Source: Vezdaea acicularis
Taxonomy: Eukaryota
Assembly: GCA_026025075.1 (NCBI GenBank)
Contig: JAPEUI010000068.1
Span: 62,001-97,504, forward strand
Direction of reading: 5' to 3'
Length of the DNA: 35,504 nt
The notes under the pieces are model-generated. The model was not told where the DNA came from, did not search any database, and saw nothing but the letters and a program-made list of their open reading frames with translations. Positions 13,340 through 24,363 of the stretch are shown here, piece by piece (position 1 is the stretch's first letter; each line of letters opens with the position of its first letter). The translations under genes were made by a program, and so were the position numbers.

Positions 13340-15240
13340 CTACAACCCCCCAACGACCTGTCCCACGAGCCCCGCAACCTCCCCAAAGAAGACACTCTTC
13401 AGCACGGTCTCGACCTCGTTCTCCGCCCACATACCCCCGTCTCTTAACTTCTTTTCCCACCACTCGCGCTCTTTATGACCCAAATCCTCCCACTTCCTTC
13501 CCCTTTTCCCTTCAACGTGCTCAACTGCATGCACGTCTGCCTCAACGTCTCCTCCCTCGTGGGGAACGCTGATTAACACCGCGTGCTCCTTTTCCTCAAC
13601 GCCCTTCTCCTCGGCCTTTCCTAATAGATGGCTCAAGACGGGCGTAGCAGGGGCTTCATCTGATGGAGCAGATATATCGGGCATGACATTCTCCATAACG
13701 TACGGCCTAGCGATCCTTTCCTGCCATGCAGGGCTGAGCCACTTCTTTGCCTCTAGGTACTCCGGCGAACCGCCGCGTATCTCGAGAAAAGCCTGTAGCA
13801 GCACGGCGCCGAGGAGCACAACCACCAAGCTAAAGACCACGCTAAACACTTGCTGCGGCCCTTGACCTGGCGCGCTTAGAACGTAACGAGGGGTCCTTGA
13901 TCGCGGAGGGACGGGCGTGAGGGGCAGCGTGTGGACGGTGACAGTCCCAACAATGCCTACGGAAGCAAGCTTCAGGTGTTGCGGTAATGCGGCTTTGGCA
14001 TCAGTCGTAGAGGTATCTGGGAGGCGAAAATTCGAGAAGACGAGGGAGCCTACAGCGGAGGCATTTGAGGCTCGCAACAGGGGGAATTTCTTGAGATTCG
14101 AAATGCCGGACGACGCTTTCCAATCGAGCGTGTAGACCGCGACGGTACCATTTTTGTCACCTACAGCTATGACGAACTGTGATTGCGTCTGTGCGGAATT
14201 ATCCAGGATGCTGACATCGAGCGCGGTGGCTTTGCAACCAGTGTGGAGCCGCTTTCTTGCGATGATGTTACCGAGCTTACCTTCTTCAGAGCAGCAGAGG
14301 ACGAGGATTTCGGCGGCTTTCTTCCCTGGGTAATTTGCTAGGAGGAGGAGGAGATGTGGCTTTAGGAACCGCAACGAGCGGAATGATGGGCGGTCTTGAG
14401 GATTGCCCCAGAAATCTGGGTGTGGTTGCACGTAAACGACCAGTGGGTTCTCACTGGGCCTTTGTTTCTCGGCAGGATTGAATATCGATACTTCGCGCTC
14501 AGTACAATAGCAAGCGATTGGCTCGCCATCCCCATTTTTGTTGATGACGTCCACACCCCCGGCCTCGATGCCTTTTCCGAGTGAGAGTCTTGCTCGTTCC
14601 CTAACTCCATCTGGACCATACAATAAGCAAAGGAGTTCACCAGATGGAGCTAGGCCGGTGGCGAGGACAATAAGTCGTCTGGATTGACCTCGAGGCGAGG
14701 ATATACGGACAATTCTTTGATATGTTTCTTTTATTTTGGCGTCAGCGGGCCGGAACCAAGATTTACGGCTGAGCTCTTCTATCGTGCCTCCCAACTTAGC
14801 ACCCTTCTCATCCGGGGCTGAAGCAGCTTTGAGCGGTGGATATGCAACTTTGAAGGTGCGGAAGTGTTCGTTATTGCCTGCCTCCTGATCTGCGGTTGAC
14901 GAGTTGATGCCGGCGAAGACTGTGGCAGCACTAGCATCGAAAGATCTTGCAGTGACTAAAGAGGATACGGAATCTTCGCCGGAGGATAGCTCAATACTAG
15001 TAAGCTCGGAAAGCTCGGTCTTTGAGGAGGCGTCTAGGAGAGTCTATGTGATAAATTTGAAAATAAGCACGTGGACTCCCACAATGTTCGCATCAGACCT
15101 ACGATCTTGTTCTTTACTCCTGATTTACTCTCCCCACCCCCGCCTCCGACTAATAAGTATCGACTGTCCTCTTCGTCGAAGTCAACGCAGAAAAGAGGAT
15201 ACGACAGGTTCGCAGTCGCGCTTGGTATCGAAGGTGCCAT
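13340..15240 (-). CDS. SEC12: Sec12/PREB-like ER guanine-nucleotide exchange factor; exons 15240-15103, 15043-13340
   Basis: N-terminal YPLFCVDF..LLVGGGGGESKSGVKNKI (K-loop) spliced to TLLD..EDSVSSL..AGINSS..NEHFRTF. Beta-propeller-like body and a single TM segment VFSVVFSLVVVLLGAVLLQAFL. Intron 15102-15044. Confidence 0.85.
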
Positions 15241-15696
15241 ATTGCTAGCGATGCCGTTTTGCAGTTCAGGACTCTAAGACTGGTAGTGATAGCTCGCAGA
15301 AACGGGAAGCATGCTCCATCGATACAAGAGAGTTATTTCGCTGTTAAAGATATTGCGTTGGGCTGAAGAGCACCCGACGCGTTACCACTACGGTGGAGCT
15401 TGATGTCCTCAAAGTTTCAGATGGGAGATTTTGCGTTCGCCAATCGGAGAGCTTCACCGGACTCTCGCATAAAGATTTCGCCGAGGTCCCCTCGTCGCCA
15501 AGCATGGCGTTAACCTTTGACATGGGATATATGATAAACGGTAAAGAGTGCCAAATTTTGACTAAAAGGCCTTATTCCTATGGCGCACCCAATACAAATA
15601 TGGCTCACACCAGCCGTGCTATGCATCCCACCCATGCCCAACAAATGCTATCAAGCCATAACGCCCTAGAGCCTGCTAAATAACAATGCCGCAGCT

Positions 15697-17861
15697 TCAA
15701 TGCACTCCATTTCCATTGATTTGGGTATCTGCACCATTCTCCTCATCACCTATGTACTTGCCCATGAAGGTGATGTAATCGTATTGGGGCATTCCACGGT
15801 CTTGCTGGAGATCAGGTCCTTTGTGAGGAGGCATGGTCTTGAGGAGCTCGTCGATGACTTCATCAGGGACGAGAGAGTGGCGAAGGTCAAGCTCGGTGAC
15901 ATAGGGCTAAAAGCGTGTCAACATCAATCTAATGCTGTTATGGAAAGTTGATCTTTACCTTGCCATCAGCCACTTCCTGGAAGCTCTGGAATACTTGTTC
16001 TGCCGTATTCTGATCTTCGGTGACATCCACCATGAACCGAATGAATTGTTCAAAGGTAACATAATCTCGGCCACCACTTGTCTGATTAAATACTTCGTGC
16101 ATCTCGTTTTCGTCATAGACCAACCCCAGACTTGCGAGCGCTGCTGAGAACTCCAACTCTTGCAGGGAATTACTTAAGTCGCGATCAAAATGGCGGAACA
16201 CCGACTCGAATTCCTCGAGCTGGATTGGGGTAAGGTTTGTCATGTTTCGTGCAACCATTTGATTCTCAAGGAAGCTCAATTTCTTGGAAACGCTGCTCTT
16301 TACCAGGCTTAGCTCATATTCAAGCTCATCGTATGTGTAGGTCGTAAAGTCGTTCTCTTCAATATTGGCTTCCTCGCATTGTCCAGAAACCGCAGCAATA
16401 CTATCAAGATAGGCTTCGAGTGGCGGCAAGCTTTCGCTAAGACGTCGTACGTGCCGTAATTGATCCTCAACATCGCCTTCGAGGCCCGATATCGCAAGTG
16501 ATAGGGTGTTAAGTGTGATTGCAAAGTCGTTCGCTTTGTCGGCAAAGGTCCGGCGTAGGGCATTCTTGATACTAGGAAATTTAGTCTGGGAATCTCTTTA
16601 GTAGCGGTACAACTCACTCTCTGATAGTCTCGTTGATTATCTGACTCCTATTCCTTTCCGCCTTCATCAGTAATGCCCATACCCTATCTAGAGTCTCTAA
16701 ACTTAGTTCTGATGGCGGTTCGTACGGTCGTAACCGATACGTGCTCATCTTCGTCCTGATATTTCCCAGTAGGCCCTCCAGGTCACTTTTCTCTGTGACC
16801 CACTTTCGTTTCTGACTTCGTTTATACATGTTGAATTCGCCGGCCTGAACCTTGGCATCCGCGTAGGTGCCCTCGAACGTCGCTTGGTCCCAACTCTGCA
16901 TCTGCGCTTCAATTTGCTCCAGTAGATCCCGCACGCGCTGCTCGTATGAGTTTTGCATTCCCCAAGCGCCTTGCATATTCTGTACGAACTTCTCAACTCG
17001 GCGACCAGCATTTTCAACTCGCTCCATTTGTGAGAAGGCATGGAACCAGTATGCGATGTAGGTCATGAGTGAGCGTTCATCGGGCTTCACCACATCACAC
17101 ACATCTTCAACATCGAGGAGATCGGGGATACCAATCTCTTTAGAGGCGATGTCGAAAGCAAGCTGCATGTTGCCACGATGGTCGTTTTTGTCGAGTTGGT
17201 CGTAGTCAATTAGATCCGGACGATGAATATCCAGTAGCGCACAGAATGCTAGACCATCATTCCAACTCCCAGAAAAGTCCCGAACCTCAACTTCGTCATA
17301 GCATGCCGTCTTCCTTTGGCACCAGAGGAGTAGACCCTCCTTTGCCGTCCGACCCTCTTCGTTGATATCACTGATCGTGAATCGGAGAATGAGTGTCCAT
17401 AGAAGGCCTAGTATCAGCTTTTGGTTGCCATCAACAATGTCTTCTGCCCCAATATTTGTCGTATGGATCCCACGGAGTTTGATGAAGTCCAGGGCTTTAT
17501 TGACGTTCTCGAATTTTTGTACTCGCAATTTCGGCTTAGCAGCATATCGGCCTAGAGATTCGTTTCCAAGAATTTCAAGGAGGTGGACGAGTACGACCTA
17601 AGAACGGCTGTTCAGCTTTTTGAGGTTGCAATTGTCTGCTGTGGGCATCGGTTTGAGAGAATTGTCACGGATATGAGTGTTGCTTACGCCATCAGAAAGA
17701 TCCTTGACAAGGTCAGTGACAGCTAAGTCCCTGGACTTGAGCTTCGTATTAAGCCTGCTCATATCTCCAATCAACAATTGTACTCTACATAACCAGTTGT
17801 CCAAGCCCTACCATTTGGTGAACGTCTTCTGCTGCACCGTCACCCAACGTTGATCAGCCAT
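15697..17861 (-). CDS. ain1: Alpha-actinin (2 CH domains, spectrin repeats, EF hands); exons 17861-17812, 17754-17688, 17597-16618, 16571-15959, 15906-15697
   Basis: WVTVQQKTFTKWLN, DLSDGV.LVHLLEIL, NIGAEDIVDGN.KLILGLLWTLILRF, LLLWCQRKTACY, SWNDGLAFCALL and EF hand FRHFDRDLSNSL. Four canonical introns. Confidence 0.97.
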
Positions 17862-18130
17862 CCCCACTCCTCAATCATGGGCAATGCCGCCCCTGTAGGT
17901 ATACAAGTAATCAAAGTGACAAATATTTGATGAGACTCTAGTGGAGGCAGGGAATTTGTTTGTCAAATAGAATGTGAATAAGGAGGGGAATTTGCATACG
18001 TTTTAACAAGTGGAGACATTTAGCGAGACTATGTCAACAATGGCAACAGGATACCCCAAGCGACGCCAGGGGTCCGATAAGGTGAAGCGCGCCAGAAATA
18101 CACCCTTGGCATGCGGTTGCTGCTAAGCGA

Positions 18131-18185
18131 GCCCCTTCACGAATAGGCGGACGAAGCGGCTTCATCCGCCTATTCGTGAAGGGGC
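18131..18185. repeat. 55-bp near-perfect palindrome (27-bp arms, 1-nt centre, 1 mismatch)
   Basis: gccccttcacgaataggcggacgaagc-g-gcttcatccgcctattcgtgaaggggc. Confidence 0.97.
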
Positions 18186-18221
18186 CTCAGCCAAACACCC
18201 ACCGGATGAAGCCAGCGTCTT

Positions 18222-18962
18222 GCGCTTGAAGCGCGTGGCGCCCGAGCGTCGGCTTCCTCTTCGGTCGCGACTGGGCTTCCTGCGCTTCAAGCGCAAAGCG
18301 CCCGGACGAACCGTACGCCACTAGCCTTTCTGGGGCTTCTTACGCTTCAAGCGCATGAAGCCCCTATCATCTTAGCAGCATCTTGCGCTTGAAGCGCATG
18401 GCGCCCGAGCATCGGCTTCGCGAACGGTCGCGACCGGGCTTCTTGCGCTTGAAGCGCAGGAAGCCCAGTCGCGACCGTTCGCCACTGGCCTTTCTGGAGC
18501 TTCTTGCGCTTCAAGCGCACGAAGCCCTTATCATCTTGGCACCATCTTGCGCTTGGAGCGCATGGAGCCAACTTCCGTCCACTCGGGCTCCTTGCGCTCC
18601 AGGCGCAAAATGGTGCTAAGATGATAGGGGCTCCGTGCGCTTGAAGCGCAAGAAGCTCCAGAAAGGCCAGTGGCGAACGGTTCGTCCGGGCTTCTTGCGC
18701 TTGAAGCGCAAGAAGCCTGGTCGCGACCGAAGCGAGAACCGATGCTCGGGCGTCATACGCTTCAAGCGCAAGAAGTTCGAGTAGATGGAAAACCGCTGCA
18801 TGCGCTTCAAGCGCGAGAAGTTCGAGTAGATGGAAAACCGCTGCATGCGCTTCAAGCGCAAGATACTTCGTAGAAGATAAGGACTTCATGCACAAGAAGC
18901 GCAAGAAGCCCAGCCGCGACCGAAGGGAGAGCCGACGCTCGGGCGCCATGCGCTTCAAGCGC
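18222..18962. repeat. Long imperfect inverted repeat (fold-back) centred near 18577
   Basis: 18381-18569 pairs with 18586-18773 across a 16-nt loop. Outer blocks 18222-18290 and 18340-18397 pair with about 18898-18962 and 18847-18911. Confidence 0.92.
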
Positions 18963-19487
18963 TCCAAGTTCAGAGGGAAGCAAGAGCCACATGCGCTTCA
19001 GGTACAAGATGTTTGGACGAAAGTGAGGGTCCCATGCGCTTGAAGCGCATGTAGCCCAAGGAAACGCTCCGTTCCAGTTCTTCACTTGGCTTCTTGCACT
19101 TTAAGTGCAAACGGCCCCGACAAACGCACTGTTGCTAGTTATGGACGAGCTTAAAGCGCATCAAGGGCGTATAACCCAAGCTTCTGTTCTTTCTACGATT
19201 ATGACATGGCTACATACGCTTGAAGTGCATGTGGTTCGAGCAAACACCCTATTCCTTCTCTTTGCTTAGTTTCTTGCGCTTCAGGCGTATGGAGCCCGAG
19301 CGTACTCTCTTTTCTCGGTCATTAGCTGACCATATGTGCTTCAAGGGCATGGAGCCCGAGCAGACGCCCCCTCATGGTTTGCAGGATGATTTCTCTTGCT
19401 ATAAACAGGTGGAGCACTAATGGTTGCTCCTATACTTACTTGCTTTTGAAGCGCGCATTTTGATTATATTTGTTGCGCTTCAAGCGC
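18222..19487. repeat. Array of about 25 GCGCTT-N-AAGCGC dyads at 60/43/45-bp spacing
   Basis: Perfect copies start at 18222, 18282, 18385, 18445, 18506, 18637, 18697, 18802, 18847, 18950, 19036 and 19475. Degenerate copies start at 18342, 18549, 18594, 18757, 18890, 18993, 19096, 19156, 19216, 19276, 19336, 19396 and 19442. Confidence 0.95.
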
Positions 19488-19918
19488 GTGGAGTTGGTCA
19501 GCATCTTTCAACTTTCCGGGTAAGAGAGGCTTCATTTCTCAAGCGCTCTTTGCATGATGGGGCGGACATTAACTAAGACCTCCCAACGCATCTCAATTCA
19601 TCCTGGAGTGGAAAAGCTACAGGTCAATAAATTCGTTATATAGACTTAGCAGGAGTTTAATTCCAATTGGCGCCAGAATGAAATTGACAGCCTCTAGGCT
19701 CAGATTGTGATGACCCAACACGGACGCTATGTTCCCTTAAAATAGAGCATGAAACCAAAGCTCGAGAGAGCAACCTGATAAATAAGGAAAGCCTCATTGG
19801 GAAAAGCCCGTAACAGTTGAGGTCTTTTGAGCGTATTACGATCGTACTAGGCCCCTAAGCGTGAGAACTTTTGTTTGAATGAACGTAAAGAGACTGTTAA
19901 GTCTGAAAAGTCCTATCA

Positions 19919-21516
19919 TTATGAATCCTTGAATCATCAGCAAGTTAGCGAAATGCGTCAACTCTTCAATATCCCCAGACCCGTACATATGAAAGACCTA
20001 CCTGCGGCTTGTTCTCTAATAGAGCCAATTGCGTCTTAATATCTGCACAGCGATCTGTTAGACGTTTAGATTCCGCCGCAAGACGATCAGTCTCAAATCT
20101 GTACTTTTCCTCCTCGGCTTCTTCCCTTGCCTAGAATGTTTTAATTCAGAACTCAATTGAGACATGTGACAAGGCCATGGCCAAACTAACCTCGAGCTCC
20201 ACACAAAGTTGCTCGTAGCGCTGATCGAGTGCTGTTTGAAGGGCTTGTTGTCTTCTATCAGCCTCATCGAGCTCCTTTGTTCTCTTCTGTATGCCTTCAT
20301 CTCTTTGTCGCCGTCTTTCCGCTGCTGCGAGCTTAGCAGCTTCAAACCTCTCGCGAGCTTTGCTCATAACAGCGTCATTTAGCTTCTCAGGGCATGCAGC
20401 CACAGCTTCCTCTGATAAAGCCATATCTCTATAAGTGCGTTTCCGCTGCGCCTGGACTTCTTGAGCTTTTGTTGCCGTGCATTCTAACCCTCGCCCTATG
20501 GATACCTCGTCATCGACAAATCCCGTCGAATGAGTATCAACATCTATTAACGATTGATCGTGATTCCAAATTACTGATGATTGCCTGTGGTCTGTGTCAT
20601 CTAGCTGAGAATATTCTTCCTTGATTGCGCTTAATCTTGGGGTACTTGAGAAGCTGAAGTCTAAGGCATCTGCATTGTCCTGAAGACCGATGTCTGCAAG
20701 ACTTGCCAGTTTCCCTGGACTTGTATCAGTAAGTTGAACCCCGTAAAGCGAGACTTCTCAAACCCGAGTCTCTATAGAGGAAAATGAACTCAACCCACGG
20801 GCCATTTGGATCCCTAAGGTTTAGATTCTTTGGCATATTTCTTAACAATTTTCGTCTTGGACTCTCCGTTTTTGGGGGAGCTGGCACAAGGCTTACGTCT
20901 ATGTTAGTTTTATTGCATGATCTTGGAGTGAGACGATCTACCTGATCCAATGAGTTGGAGGCAGAGCCAAGTTCTCTTGGGAAGGAATAATCGATTTCCA
21001 GCATTCCATGTCTGTTACAGAAGGACGGCGGAGCTCAGTGCTATGTATTCCGCCTCTAAAGATCTGTATCTTTATCTCTCCTATGCCCGGTACCAGTTTG
21101 ACATTCTCTTCTTGTTGAAGCGGACCTTGTTATTCGTTAGCAAGATCTACAAACGATCCGATGGATATACCTGAAATTGGTTCGACAATCATATTGCATT
21201 CCACGGCAGCCCCCTCTTGATGCCTGGCATCATAACAAAATTCGAAATCTTTATTTGTGAATTTCCAAGTTGGAGCTTCGCTGCAGGAGAACATCGTAAA
21301 CCGAAGGACCCCATCAATACTAAAGTCCCATTCAAGAGTCTCTTTGGTTGCGGTCTTATAGGAGCATTTGAGCTTGATCTGCTCTTTTGATATTACTGGT
21401 ATGATTGAAGTGACCTTATGCCCATCGCGTGCAGAATGGTATTCATTGAGGATTTTATTATTGGCCAGCGCTTGAACTTTGACCGAAATGTTTGTAGTAT
21501 TGTCGTGGATATGCAT
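19919..21516 (-). CDS. DUF7918-like fungal protein with C-terminal coiled coil; exons 21516-21171, 21125-20942, 20891-20764, 20714-20191, 20130-20002 and a short last exon (stop at 19919, alternatively 19847)
   Basis: Five GT-AG introns link the fragmentary ORFs into one frame. Motif order ILNEY..DFSIDG..GEIKIQIFR..PTHWI..PWVEFIFLYR resembles DUF7918 from memory. The E/R/K/A-rich helical tail suggests a coiled coil. Confidence 0.7.
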
Positions 21517-22224
21517 CTTGGCGATCGCTTTGGTAGGGAACCTAGAGAGCTTGTCAGCGGGACAAGCTTCAAGTGAGATGAATAGAAAGAAGATTCTTAG
21601 TGAGATAAAGTGTAGGTCGCATACAGTGGCAATCCGCAGATACTTCGAACGTCAAATTCAAAGTAGGCGAGGAGAAATATCAACGCTGTAGCACTGGAGA
21701 TGAAATGAAGCCTTTGCACTCAAGCTCGACAGAATACAGGGGCCGCAGGAGAAGAGAGCACAACCGGCGCCGCAAGATTCAAGCCGAATTCCAAACTCAA
21801 CACTGACAAAAGGTGTTATGACTGCAGCACTGGCAGTGAAATAAGGACTCTTCTGTTTGAATTTGGCATTGAAAGGGATAGGAGTTGGTAATGCAGTTTG
21901 TAAAGTTGAGATAGGAGATCGGTAATAGGAACGCCGATAGTAGTTAGCACTGCCTTACGAGTTCTCAAATCACAAAAGGTCATGAGTGGAAACAGATCTT
22001 AAAATCATCGAGAAATTTTAAATCACACAAACAGGAATGAAAGACACGGCAAGGGACATCGGTATTTTACGTTCCATCTCACTACAGGTAGAGAAGTCTG
22101 ATAGTTCCGCATTTCAAGAAAACAAGTAGTTATATGCCCTGGAATGAGAGCAATCAATTTTTCTTTCTCGCATCTACTCACAGACCACTATTCTTCTCGG
22201 CCCCGTAAGCGCTGGGTGAGACTT

Positions 22225-22295
22225 GCGCTTCAAGCGCGTTGAGTCAAGTTGACATTCTTTTTTGTGAAGCCAAACTGCAAGCGCTTGAAGCGCTT
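22225..22295. promoter_or_regulatory. Two isolated perfect GCGCTT-N-AAGCGC dyads (22225-22237, 22281-22293)
   Basis: Same motif as the array. The second extends to the 17-bp dyad aagcgcttgaagcgctt. They lie about 700 bp upstream of the DUF7918-like gene; a regulatory role is inferred. Confidence 0.55.
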
Positions 22296-22462
22296 TGAGC
22301 GTCAAAACTGGCCACGATTTAACAAGGAGCTGCGGGAAAAGGATTTGCTTTATCCTTTTCTCTTACCACTGCACTCAACTTACTCAGCCCTCTGAGCCTA
22401 TCATCCCCACAATGTTTACTCATTCTCCCCATCTTTACGTCTGACAATCGGCCAAACCCGCG

Positions 22463-22908
22463 TCATTGTTTATCGACTCCTACAAACATGAGAGATGAAA
22501 ATTTACGAGGAAAATACGCGCAATCAACGTACGAGATGTGTTCATACATGTTCAAGCCCAAGGATCTACCGCTGGGGCTGGAACAGCAGTAGAGCGGTAG
22601 TGACAAACAGTGCGCTACTGGCTGAGACTGGCTGCCCATTGATCTTGTTGCTGTGAACACCTGTCCCGGAAAAGTGGATCGTATCTTTAAAGTCGCCGCA
22701 GTTGTGGTCGCGATACCTATTTGCACGTTGAAGAGGGGTTAGAAGGAATGAAAAGAGGAGATTAGAGGAAGATTTCATGGATGAAGTGAAGAGCTAGGGA
22801 AAAGGAGAAGTAAGACCAGTTGACCTGCAAAGCAGAAGCGCCATGTACAATTATTGCGCCAGCGACGGCAAAGGTGAGGAGGTATAGCGATTTGGATGGT
22901 GTTGACGT
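22463..22908 (-). pseudogene. Possible relic of a small secreted Cys-containing protein
   Basis: Signal-peptide-like (ACG)STPSKSLYLLTFAVAGAIIVHGASA, then LQVNW/YRDHNC across a putative intron 22816-22717 (weak donor, CTAAC branch). No ATG, and a probable later frameshift. Confidence 0.35.
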
Positions 22909-23645
22909 GTAGGTATTGGCGTTTCTTTGCGTCTGTTTAGTGGACTGAACTGGAAATTTGAGTACGGATTAGCATAGAAGCTGGTGATGCGATAGAGACA
23001 CAAATAAGTAGTATTGAAGCAAATGGGGCCTCCATTATTTATCACACGTCTACTGTGCGTGAGAATCCCAAGACACCTTGCCGGACCAAACTCTTCACGG
23101 GTCATATCATGGGTCAAGTGAGGTTGCAATGCCTCTGCTCCCAACGCCCAAGTCGCGAAACAATGCCCCATCCTCCTTGTCTTCCACAAAAGTTCCGTGC
23201 GATGAGACTCGTAATAGAAGCTTATTATCAATACGAGGTCTATGTTGCACGTGTTTCGTAACTCTGTCAGTATGGTAGAGGGTGGCATTAGCTAAAGGTC
23301 TTTAACAGAAAGTAGAATTACGAAGACGACTAGGAAAGTAACGTATTATACTCAAATGTTATAACATCTTTTTCAAAGTGCTTATTAGACTTTTGGTTTG
23401 ATGCAGGTGTTCTCCGCGTTTTGGGGACGTTTACACGCACAGAAGGACACTGAACAGAGAGCACTGGGTTGCTTGAAGAAAACAGGCATCTTGGATCCTG
23501 TAGCAGCTTCTAGACATCTTCAGATGGTTGGAAAACAATCGCCCGATCCCTCCATTTCTCAAAAACTTCCACTAGATAGACCTACTGTTAGTCGGCTATC
23601 GTTATTCCCATAATCGTGACAAGGATGAAAGATTGAAGACGTACC

Positions 23646-24026
23646 TTAAACGTTTGCGGCTACGTTGGCGGCCTCTTCTTCTCCATGATTGGCAAGGTCT
23701 TCGCCGTTGTCTTCGAGGATGGCTCGCGCCACTTCTGTTGTTATAGGGACACGATCAAAATCACGCTCCCAGACAGCAACGTTACCACCGCCGAGAACCT
23801 TTGCCTTGACGGCTGGAGTTGAAGTTGATCAACGAAGCGCCTCCAGAGTCCACATTGCAACCGAAGACTTTAAAGAAGTGATTTGGACTGTTCAAGCCCC
23901 TTCTCCAGCGAATGAGACGATTTCGTCGCCGTTGAACCTCCCGTGCAACTCTAGATACCCTATCCAATCGATAACGCTGCCCCGCTTCGAGGCTTTTAAG
24001 GCAGCCATAGTTACTTTCTTGAGGTT
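23646..24026 (-). pseudogene. Exon-like frame with two in-frame TGA stops
   Basis: After GCTAAC..TTAG: NLKKVTMAALKASKRGSVIDWIGYLELHGRFNGDEIVSFAGEGA*TVQITSLKSSVAMWTLEALR*STSTPAVKAKVLGGGNVAVWERDFDRVPITTEVARAILEDNGEDL...; stops at 23892-23894 and 23829-23831. Confidence 0.4.
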
Positions 24027-24226
24027 CTAAGGACAAAGAGTTAGCTTGGATATCTGGAGATCGGGTTTACTCATAATCGGCATGTTTGAAATACGTCGAA
24101 TTAGATCGATAAGTGATTGCTTACCGGCTGTCGTGGGTTGAATGCTTTGATAAGGTAGTTAAAGGTGGCTATATGTGTCTATCGGGTTGGTGAAATGCAC
24201 TAGGTTGAACATGCGTATCAATAGCG

Positions 24227-24363
24227 AGTGAATGCCGCTGCGGGAGTGAATGCCGCTGCGGAAGTGAATGCCGCTGCGGAAGTGAATGCCCCTGCGGAAG
24301 TGAATGCCCCTGCGGAAGTGAATGCCTCTGCGGAAGTGAATGCCCTTGCGGAAGTGAATGCCC
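24227..24363. repeat. 18-bp minisatellite AGTGAATGCC(G/C)CTGCGGA, about 7.6 copies
   Basis: Directly visible tandem units with stepwise variants. Confidence 0.97.

Noticed and set aside
66..17601. Numerous antisense and alternate-frame ORFs overlapping the housekeeping genes
   Set aside because: They are shadows of the real coding sequences with no independent protein features.
18120..18195. Helitron 3' hairpin or a MITE with target-site duplication
   Set aside because: The stem is longer than typical Helitron hairpins, no CTRR end follows at the expected distance, and I found no matching direct repeats on the flanks.
18347..19420. ORFs with LALEA / RLKR repeats, e.g. 18347-18967
   Set aside because: They are translation by-products of the GC-rich dyad array; the 43- and 61-bp spacings break frame.
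18222..19487. CRISPR array (palindromic repeat with fixed-length spacers)
   Set aside because: The spacers are homologous to one another, the array inverts in the middle, the core is only 13 bp, there are no cas genes and the context is eukaryotic.
18186..23000. Starship captain (DUF3435 tyrosine recombinase) or DDE transposase next to the junction
   Set aside because: There is no long ORF or recognisable catalytic motif. A Starship is possible only if this is the captain-distal end.
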